Source of the DNA: Paragordius varius | Lineage: Eukaryota; Animalia; Nematomorpha | Direction of reading: 5' to 3' | Assembly: GCA_964247055.1 (NCBI GenBank) | Contig: OZ176051.1 | Location: 8,556,001-8,620,000, forward strand | Length of the DNA: 64,000 bases | Part shown: in pieces, positions 50,701 through 61,400 of the stretch | How the letters are laid out: each line of letters begins with the position of its first letter | Position numbering within the stretch: position 1 is the first letter of the stretch | Notes under the pieces: model-generated | Database searches by the model: none | Told to the model about the DNA's origin: nothing | What the model saw: only the letters and a program-made list of their open reading frames with translations | Program-made: the position numbers and the translations under genes

Positions 50701-51765
50701 ATCGCATTAAATGAGGCGAATGAATATAATGAGCGCAATACACCGCCATTAAAAGAAGCTCTAACTTCAAAACATAGTTTATCTGGATCTGAAACATCAA
50801 CATCTTCCATTGATAGCACAGATAAAATGATGCCACAAAATACAACGGATAATCGACAAACATCTGAATATGTGGCTTTAAATATGCCTCCTAACGGAAC
50901 AATACAGTCAGCGTTAAAGCACAAATTGGATAGACCTTTACCTAAACACAATAGTCTAATAAGGGCTTCCTTGGAGTCCTTAACAGCTTTAGTTAATGAA
51001 TCCATCACATATATGAGATTGAGGCATTGGAAAAATGCAGTTTTTCTCGTTTCATGTCTGTTTTGGCAATTAGGATCTAACATTATGTATTTTATGATTG
51101 CTGCTTATGGTAAACGTGCTGGCTTGAGTGGGCTAGCAAGTGCTGCCCTTATATCTTCCATAGGTCTGGGTGATTTAACTGGTCGCGTCCTAATAACCAT
51201 ATGGGGTATGGTTGAGATGTCGCGCACCAAAAATTTGAGCCGTATTAAAACAAAGGGGCATAAACTGCCTGAAAACTCGGAAGTCTCAAATCATTATCAC
51301 TCTAATACAGTCAACGTTACTGCTCAAACAAAACTTCAAGGTGCGCTAATACGCCGAGCTGCTCAAAGCTTTTTAATGAAAATTGGATTTTATTTGGCAT
51401 CGTTGTTCATTCACACACTCGTGAGTATTCTATACATCAGTTATCAGACAAGTAATTTTACCTATCTTTCAGGACTTGCTTTCTTGTTTGGCGTATTTTT
51501 TGGTGTACGCATAACTGTCACATCCAATTTGGTAGCCGATATGTTTGGTCCAACCAAATTTTTCCGAGCCTACGGGATTGTTATGGTGGCTTGTGGGTTA
51601 GGGGGTCTTGTGGGTTCACCCTTTTCCAGTTGGATTTCAGCGAGGTTTGGTAAACCGGTCATTATGTTTTATATTAATATCATTGCGTTTGGCATAGCTT
51701 TCATAATAAGTGTCGTGTGCTTTGCTACCAAAATCAAACAACTTCGAACATTGGCCAAGAAATAA
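47783..51765 (+). CDS. Monocarboxylate-transporter-like MFS protein (SLC16 family), 4 exons
   Basis: Exons 47783-47876, 48215-48366, 50047-50254, 50342-51765. TM1 signature PVDEGWAWV (cf. SLC16 PDGGWGW), hydrophobic helices, large central loop, SSIGLGDLTGR and VADMFG...AYG motifs in the C-terminal half. Confidence 0.85.
48391..48673. mobile_element. Non-autonomous hAT (Charlie-like) MITE in MFS-gene intron 2
   Basis: TIRs CAGGAGTGTCCAAC ... GTTGGACACACCTG (13/14 inverted match), GC-rich subtermini (CCGCGGGCC; GGGCCGCAC...GGTCGCGCG), 283 bp. No clear TSD. Confidence 0.75.
49732..49804. mobile_element. Partial copy (one arm) of the TATACCATTTACA MITE family
   Basis: TATACCATTTACAATTCAAATACAACCTTGAACAATTCAAATTTACCCTATTAATAAATTATGTGTTTT aligns by eye with the arms at 37864 (reverse) and 61138. 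Confidence 0.55.
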
Positions 51766-51805
51766 AAGCGTGACATACCAATTTTTTGATGGATAAAATA
51801 GTCAG

Positions 51806-51808
<3 letters not shown>

Positions 51809-51838
<30 letters not shown>
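51809..51838. repeat. (TA)15 microsatellite just 3' of the MFS gene stop
   Basis: Direct reading. Confidence 0.95.
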
Positions 51839-51841
<3 letters not shown>

Positions 51842-53007
51842 TGTAAATGTAATAAATTTACATTTTTAATTTTTTAGAATTGAAAAAACTATAAAAAAGG
51901 AGATCTCTTGGGTGATAACAAAAGTGAAACTTAATATATAAGAGATGGAAACCGTACCCTTTTCGGTTCCGTTCCATATTTTTTCGATTTCTAACCAAAT
52001 AGCCTCTCCCTTTAGTTTTTGTAAATATATATAATTCAGTTATATTGTCTTTCTCAAATAAGTTTGGTTTCATTATTTAAAATTACATGCTAAGATCCGT
52101 AAACTAAATCAACAAAATTTGATATGCATTCTTTATAAATCAGTAAAGATATTCAATGGTAATTTTGTCAAATAAAACTTTCCAAGGTCAATAAGATTTT
52201 TCAGTCATTCAACACTTGAATTTTTGGAATATGTAGGCAGAATTTTTAACTCTCACAATACCAAATTTATTTATTATAACGTGATTGGGATTCAAAAATT
52301 TACAATGCAAACCAAATTTGTCTGTTAGCATTGTAAGGGAATTTCTTTAGAACGTTGCCGTATATTGTGTCGTTTGTTATTAATCTAGAATATAGTTTTA
52401 TCTAAATTAACCACATAAGATTACAAACAAATTTCCACCTCTCAAATGTAATTGAAAGCTCTTTTGTTTTCAATAAAAAATCTCATCGGCATTATTTTCC
52501 ACGGTAGTCGCCTTTTAACTTCTACCAAGATTTCCTTCATGACAAAGTTATATTATAATGGGTTTGGTGATGTTTGATGAAGTCGGTGGATATCGTAAGA
52601 ATTGCAATGAAACCAACAGCTTTTTCAATCAAAGCTTGTCTAATTGTTTAATTCCATAATTGCCTAAACTAACCTATTATCAATCCCTGTTCATTGGAGT
52701 ATGGGTTCAAATCTCAGATTTTTTTATTAAAAAATATATGAGTTGGTATGTAATTATATTATCATCTATGTTATGCAAATTATAATTGAAGTATATTTTC
52801 GGGCAAGGACTTAATGTGAAAATAGCATATAAATTAATTATGTCATATAATTTATTTGGGGTCGTCTATAAAAATTGAATAATATAATAATTTTTGTAAA
52901 AATTGTCAGATTGTTGAAGTCGTTTAGTAAAGCAATAATTTTTAAACATTCTCAAAATAAAATGCATATAATTGTCATATAAGCTCAATCAAACATATAA
53001 TAATATT

Positions 53008-55938
53008 TCAGATTTGTGAAGTATTGAATGAATCGCATTCCGGACAAGTGTAACCCACAATGTGAAATATGGCTTCAAAGGTCTATATAAAAAAATTAAA
53101 AATATAAAATAAATCCGCGACAAAAACCAAATTAAAATTATTTAAAAAATATTAACAAAACTACTTTTTAAATTAATGGTGAGATAATATTTTGTTATAA
53201 TAATCAAATTATAATTCAAATGTTCCAATACAGTTGAACACCGATTATTAAAAAAATAGTTAAAAGTTTCGATATGTTATGACGTATGATTAAATTAATA
53301 TAAAACAAAGGTAAAAGCTTAAATTTAATGTAAAATTTTTACAGTTTATATTAAGTAATATTAATATATTATAGAAAATATTAAAATTAAACATCTAAAT
53401 TTAAAAAATGTCCTATAATTTAAATTAAATCAAATAAAAAAGACAAAATGTTAGAATAATATATATTCAGTAAAGACAACAGTATTAAACCTTATTTTTA
53501 ATAATAAAGTTTTATTTTTGTTTTGCGAAATAAGGAATATTATATAAAAAAACAAGGATCAAAACACATTTTCTTTACAAAAAAATATTTGTTAGTTAAT
53601 CCTTACGAATAGTCTTTTTAATTTTAATTAAATATTTGGAAATATAAATTTATAATTTACATGTGAACAATCATTGCACTGAACATTAACTTTAACATTA
53701 GATAATTCTGGGGGCATTTGAGTTGTGGCGATTTCATCCTTCAAAAATTTCGCAATGTATTCATGTATAGTTTTGCGACAAATTGGACATTTGTAATCAC
53801 TAGTAAAATGTAATATATCCATCATAAAAAGTAAAAAAGACATGATCATATATTAAAAAAGCATTCGTTTAAAATACTAAAAAAATTAAATTTTCAAAAA
53901 TATATGATCATATTCGATGTATATAAAAACGAAATACGTAAAAAGTAAAAATAAAATAGGTGACTTACAAATTATTCCCCATCTCCTCATAACAAGTTCT
54001 ATACATTTATATATGGGAAAAAATATTATAAATTAAATTAATTAAATTTTGAAAAAAATAATAAAAATTTATAAAATATTAACTCATGGATTAAATGACC
54101 ACATTTATTAACAATACAGGGGATGGTAGATGTGTGGAGATCTTCTAAACATACAGGACAAGTCGTTTTACCAATATTTTCAATGCACTATATATAAGGG
54201 TAAAAAAATGAATACATTAATTTTAATTAAAATAGTAAAATTTTAATCAAAAAATTTTTTTTGCCCAAAAAAATTACTTGATGTTTAGTTCCTTTACGGT
54301 AACACATACCACATTTGTCATCATGGAAAAAATTTTCCCGGCCTCCAATGCTAAAAAAATAATAATATCTATATTAATCATAGCTTTCGAATTTGGGGTA
54401 GTATAAAAATCTACTACGCTTATGAATCATATTCAAAATGGCTAAAGGCTTTGAGATAATAAATGCGGTTAATAGGCAGAATGTAATTTTATCTGCTATT
54501 AGCCTAAAGCTAAAAATCGCACATTTTTATCGCGCATTAAGTTGAATTGAATGAAATTAAGTACAATATAGGGAAAAATGCGTCAACAAAATTTAAATGT
54601 TAATGTATATCACATGGATTATCTGAAATGTAAAGTATTATCGATATTATCAACCAAAGATTTATAATTTTACAGATAATCCTTAAAGGGGTTATTGGAA
54701 TTAAAACAACTATTCAGGGATAAAAACCTTAATACATTTTGTCCAACTAATATAAGTTACTATCCCTATTCAATATACAACAGATTCTTAATAGTTGGCT
54801 CTTGATCTGCACAAGGATTCTTTTCAAAGAGTTATTTAAATCAATTATTTGATTAATATTTTAATAATTAAAATTTATAATTTAGGTAGATCAGAAAAAT
54901 ACTATATCCTTATTTTTGGTTCATTACTATGCCCACAAAATAAGGATTTGCGGGAAAGTGCTCTTAACTTAAAACAATTATAACTTGAAAACAACGGAAT
55001 CATAAAAATCGTGAGATTAATTATAGTTTTTTAATTTTATAGGACTCATTGTAAAAGGGGGGTTATTAAAAGGGAGGTTAATTTTGTACTTTATTAAAAA
55101 GATATATTATATGAAAAGTTATCAAAAATGAGCCAAAAAATAAGCATATTTGAATAAGAGAAAACAAAATGGTATTCAAATTCTCTCAAAATATATGGAA
55201 TTATAGTTACCGACATATGCCACAACCTTCACAGTGAAATTGCTTTTTATCACAATCATCAAAAAGGCGACAAGGGATACAAGAATAATTGCCAAATTTT
55301 GTCCCACAATTGATACATTTGTCAGAAACCTATATAGATTTATCAAAAAGATATTAATAAATTATTTATTAAAGGAATGAAAAAATTATCAGGGTGTAAA
55401 TTTATAATATATATAAATTAATTAAAAATTTTCCAAAGTTTATGAAGATTTTCTATTATACATAACTAAAATGAAGCAATATAATGTTGATTTAAGAAAT
55501 AATTTGAACTAAATTTAACTACTTAAATTGTTTTTTTTTAAATTTCTAGATTATATTCTTTTCTAACCTTAATATATAACATTAATATACGGTTCATAGA
55601 TTCGAAGTTTTTTAAATTTTTGGATCTGGTAATATATTTTTCTTATAAGATCTGGTAAAGGGCCAAAATTAATTATGAATAAACCTCTTGAAACGTATGA
55701 CATAATATACACTGTAATTCTTCAACATGATTAGGTTCTAGTTTGTGAGTATTTTTTTCGTCATGGCATATTCGACAAGAATATATGTTGGTGGATGATC
55801 CATTGCAACAATTAACCTTCGAAATTTAAAAATTTATGTAACTTTTATCAAACATCTCCGTTTGTAATGGTTACAAGGGAAAGTATAAGTAGTATCTTTT
55901 TTACATTCTTCTGTGAAGGCCTCTTGTTTGTCATTCAT
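53008..55938 (-). CDS. RCHY1: RING finger and CHY zinc finger E3 ubiquitin ligase Pirh2, 8 exons, 255 aa
   Basis: Exons 55938-55843, 55816-55685, 55329-55211, 54350-54278, 54187-54084, 53998-53969, 53799-53661, 53082-53008. CHY: CNHYKRRCLIKVNCC...CRICHD...CILC. CTCHY: FHCEGCGICRIGGRENFFH. RING-H2: CPVCLEDLHTS...CGHLIHETC...CPIC. C-terminus: CNDC...FHIVGYTCPECDSFNT. Confidence 0.95.
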
Positions 55939-56058
55939 AAAAATTAAATGTAAAAAAAATTAAATTCCTTTTTAGACAGATGTTATAGACTTTTGATATT
56001 AGTCTCCAGTGTATCGAACTTTAAAAAGTTTGTTGAAGTGTGCTTTGAAAAAAATATT
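55939..56058. promoter_or_regulatory. Minimal bidirectional promoter/5'UTR region shared by RCHY1 and FCF1 (120 bp between ATGs)
   Basis: ATG of RCHY1 at 55938(-) and ATG of FCF1 at 56059(+). Both N-termini run directly into conserved protein sequence. Confidence 0.75.
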
Positions 56059-57701
56059 ATGAAACGGAAAAGCCGCAATAATACCGTCAAAAAAGTTTTG
56101 TCGTTAAGAGATTCTCGAATGTAATTTATTTTTTAATAAAATTTAGTGGAAAAGGTCGTGAAAAAAAGAAAAAATCAAAAATTAGTACTGACTTAAAACC
56201 GCCTCCAGTTAGAGAAATGTAATTAAAATTTATATTAATTGATAGAAAAACCAAATCCAACGCTTTGTTCTTTGATTATAATACGCAATTGGGTCCACCA
56301 TATCATATATTAATTGACACAAATTTTATAAATTTTAGCCTGAAAAATAAAATAGATATTTTTACTGGTACATTTATTAGTTTAAGTGTTTAGGTATGAT
56401 GGATTGTCTTTATGCCAAAGTTGTTTGTTACATAACTGATTGCGTGATGGGAGAAATCGAAAAACTTGGAAATAAATTTAGAATCGCGCTTCGGTATTTT
56501 TTTATTTATGATTATTTAATAAATTTTCACCCAGAACGATTTCCGAAACCGTTTTTGACGGTACTTTAAAGATTTTTTGTTTAAAGTCGTCGAAAATCGA
56601 AAAAAATTAGTTTTGTTTTAATTTTATGTGGATTCAACTGGTAAATGATGGGTGCGAATCAGGCGATAATTTTTGAAGCATTTTATACTTTATTAAAAAT
56701 ACAATATTTGGTTCAATATTATTTCACCATAATCAAAAAGCATTGCAATGTATTCATCTCGTTATGTATTATAAAAAATTAAACTAACTAATGAAATTTT
56801 TTTGAATGCTGGTTCAAATATAACAATTTTATATTGTAATATAAATAATTTTTTTATTCAGCCCACTCTTAATATAAATTCTCCATTGTTAAGCGGCAAA
56901 TTTTCTATCCAATTGCAATTTCGGCCCAAAACATAAATATTCAAGAATTTATAAAATAAACATATTCTTTTTTAAAGATGTTAAATAAATTCTACCGTTT
57001 GGGTTGCGATATGTAAATTACCTATTCAATTTTATATTTAACCGTAGTCATATATTACCTAAATCAGATCTTACATAAAAATGTTTTTATTTTTTCACCT
57101 TATAATTTTAATTTTTATACACATAGAATAGCGAAAGACCCAAGATTTGAGCGTATGCTATGTACGCATAAAGGCACGTATGCCGATGATTGTATAGTTA
57201 ATCGCATAACTCAACATAAATGTTACATGGTTGCAACATGTGACAAAGACCTTAAACGACGAATCCGTAAAATAAGTGGAGTTCCCATAGTTTATATCTC
57301 AAATCATAGGTGAGTGGCTTGATTTTTGATTTTGAAATTTCCAACAAAAACCACACGAAAAATTTGTAAAAACTAACTATTTTTGAGTAATGAAAATAAG
57401 TTTTAATTGGTGTATCTCTATAAAAATATCCCTTGAAAAAAGATTAGTGTAAACTACTATATGCAACCGTAGAAATATTGTTTCAAACCCATATTTTGTT
57501 ACCAGCATTATTTTGTTTTTAAAGATTTAAAATACTCATATTGCAACAGAATTGATTGCTAACACTAGCATAAATAAGAAACATTGAACATAAATATTGT
57601 ATAAATTTATTGAACATTTATGTATGTGTGAATGAATATATATTTTTTATAGATATACTATAGATGGGTTGCCTGATGCCTTTGGTGCTCCAAGAAGATA
57701 A
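56059..57701 (+). CDS. FCF1: rRNA-processing PIN-domain nuclease Fcf1/Utp24, 6 exons
   Basis: Exons 56059-56120, 56147-56218, 56246-56367, 56394-56493, 57127-57309, 57653-57701. Motifs: [102 protein letters not shown]. Confidence 0.97.
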
Positions 57702-58181
57702 TTTATTAATTAATTAAATTAATGTGCAAAGAATTATGGACAAAAAATGCAGCTTGTATATATATATATATAATTAAATGTATGAATATAAAAAAATAAA
57801 TAATTTTTTAAAATTTATGGAAAAGCAATAATAATAATAATAATTTAAAAAGTCCAATTTTACTTATCGGTTATAAATATATTTAGGGCAACCAACAATT
57901 TAATACAAAAGCAAAAATCATACATACATAAATAAATAATTGGAAAAAAAATTACAGCAATAATTGAAATTAAAAAGACAAAACATAAGAACTAAAAGAA
58001 AATTTTAAAATGTCATACTTTTTTAAACTTTTTATCATTTATGCCTCAGTTCTTTAAATTTCAATTCTAAACGATAGGTTTCAACCTTTTTTCTTTATAT
58101 AATAATAATAGATTATATTTTAGTTTATACGTTTTATCTTTATAATTCCATTTCTACTGTATATCAATCAATTAATGTAAT

Positions 58182-58355
58182 CTATAAAAGTACAAATATT
58201 TTTGCAATGGCATCGGCCCCAGCTGTGGCCATGTAAGAAAGAGTACTGTGCATAGCAATCGCATGAATGCTCTCATCAAATTTTTTTCGATGACAAGGAA
58301 TTTCTTGTAAACACGTCCTTTCTTTAAAGTCCCATAATCGAATAGAATTATCGTG

Positions 58356-58403
<48 letters not shown>

Positions 58404-61400
58404 ATGAAAAAATGGAGTATATTCTAAAAATCAAATATACTCGTAAAAAGCTCAGAAGAGAATTCTTAAGTAAATCATAATTAAGTGTATTTGCGACTAA
58501 AAAAGTTTATAAATGTTTACTTTAAGTATATTATCCATAAATTTACAAATTTGGCTTCGAATTAAAATGTATCATGCATCATAATTTATTTGGGTTAAAA
58601 TTAACATTTTTGGTGGGGAAGGGTGAATCTTTGAAAAAAAAGTTTAAACGTCTAATCTCATTAACATTTTTAGCAAAATATTTATTAGGATCCAAAATAT
58701 CTAGATTTATCTTTCATATCAATTTTATTAAATAAACAACATCTATAAAATAAATAGCTTATGCTGATGATCCGTTACACCTTCATTATAAATAAGATAC
58801 GTTTTTTACTTATTATCGGCACTAATTGGTATCTTCTTATAACATATATAAAAATCCTATATATTATCGAATTCCGTTACAAGTAAAATATAATAATACT
58901 CTAATAGTCATATGACGCGGGTATTAATTTTCCTTAACAGGCAATGATACATTGTATGAAATAAAAAAATAATTATGTTATCCATAAATTATTTTATCAA
59001 AAAACTACCCTACCAATTTTAAGAAAAAACGGAAAGCTATTGAAAATATAAATAGACAATTATATATACTTCCAGTTAATAGGTATAATCCATATGGGTC
59101 AAGGGTTAAGCATGAAACAGCATCTAAGTGAGCGTTCATAGTGTTCAACAAACTCCCTATATAACAAAAAATCAAAATAAAATTTCCACATAAATAATAT
59201 CATAACTTTTTACACTTCTCTAACATGTAAAAAAGATTTAAATAAAAAATCCAACGGTTTATTTATTACATATATGCTCATAACATAATTTTTGTAATTC
59301 ATTTTTTTGGGACTTTTTTAGATATTTATTGAAAAATAAAAAAAATTTGGTTGTTTATAGTTAATTTTACAAGAAAAAAAATATTAATATACCTTTAAAG
59401 ATGTCAAAAAATCTGACACGTTTATCTTCATGCCCGGTAACTAAGATGTGTAATGTAGGATGACATGCCAAACTAAGGATTTTTGATTCTTCCAATATAA
59501 AATATTTAATTACTAATTAACATAAACATCATTTATTAAATAAAATTACACTAATTGATGTATTTTTTTTGTTTCTTTTATTTATATTGCATTAAATTGG
59601 CAAATTACCCAATTTTATTTAACCCAAAATAATAGATCCATTTTACAAAACAATACCGACTTTATCTTTGGAAGATGCTATTTGTAATGCGTATTTTTAA
59701 TTTGTTTTCATTATTTTATAAATTTCATATTTTGTTATTTAAATATTTTTATATTCTTTAATCATTTAAATCAACAAATTGGATGCAATTACACTTAAAT
59801 GCATTAGTAGTGGAAGATTATTTCTTTCAAAATGAAAATACAAATTGCACAACAATATATTTATTAATTTCAATTTATATAAATCAATTTTCATTACGAA
59901 TACAAATTTTTTTTTATAACAAATCAAAGTCAAAAAATAACTTATATAAACTTTTATAAAAAAAGGACAAAAAATAAAACCTGTCTCCGTTTTATATGAT
60001 GTGACACATTTTTGCGTTGCTACATCAAACAAACTCAAACAATTGTATTGTAATGGTTTATCGGTATCGTTTACAAGTTTTTCCGTAACATAAAAACTTG
60101 CTACAATTTTTTCTTTATGATTTTCATATGGCAAGGTTTCTAAACACGTTCCACGGATATCTAAAAATATATTATGGATGTTAAGAAAATAAACACTCTT
60201 GTCGAACAAATTAATAAAGGGGCAAATAGTTATATTAATTAAATAAAAACGTATACCATGATAATCTTGTACGAATACATGAAATATAAGGTTGAAAAAA
60301 TGTTTTCATTTTCAAATGTCCTACTTGCAAAATAGTGTATTAATTTGAAATATACTTAATTAATCATGACTTAATTTAATGTGCGAAAAATCAGGCTTCC
60401 AGTCTGAATTTACATTGATTCTTCATAAAAGGTCAATTATCAGCGTAAAATAACTAATAAATCAAATAACCAACTAAGATTCTAGTGAATATAAAATTTA
60501 ATAAATTAAATGTTTATTACCATTATTCATTAATCATGTGATGATATGTTTATTAAAATACTGTTATAGAATAATTTTTTTGCGGATTTAATTACAAATT
60601 CTCAGATTTTTTCTAAAAAAAAATTTCCGTAATGCTGTTGTAAATTAACAACAAAGTTTCCCATGGATTTTTCGGTAAAAGGATCATTCAACTTATACAT
60701 AATGTACATTCACATTTTAGAAAATATGTGAAATTAATATTATTAAAAATATATCTAACTAATTCCAATAATAGTGTCAGTAAACCTAGTTTATGAATGG
60801 TAATAAACTTTGAAAAATTGTAAATAAAAAATGATAAATTAATAATAAACGGAATTGGCGCAGTTTATTAAACAAACACTCATTATGAGAGTCTCTTGTA
60901 TCCAAAAAAAATATTTTCAGTTAAATTTCAATTTGTTTATGTTATGTGTAACAAATTCTAACAATAAAAAAATCTGGAAAATTAAAATTCATATATACCA
61001 GCTATTTGTTCGGAATCAAATTTTTGAGGCAAAAGTGAAAACGGTTCCAAGTTTGCCAGTATTTGTCCAGTTGAAACGTTTAACACAATGCCTTCATCCT
61101 CTACTTTACCTTTAGAAAAATTAATTCTTTTTTTAAATATACCATTTACAATTCAAATTTATTTTTAAACAATTCATATTTACCCTTAAACAAATGAAAT
61201 TCACCCTAAAAATAATTTATGTTTTCTGGCTAATATAATTCATTTTTAATATAAAATAAATCTTTATGGCTTGGTTTATTATTTTTTCAGTATTATTTTA
61301 ATTTTAAATAAAATTTTATATATTGAAAACATAAAAAATAAAGCTAATAATAATATCAAAAACACATTAGGGTAATTTTGAAGCGTAAATGGTTTATATA

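Noticed and set aside
50553-51083. Antisense ORFs (176 and 88 aa) within the transporter
   Set aside because: They overlap the sense coding exon and show no domain signature.
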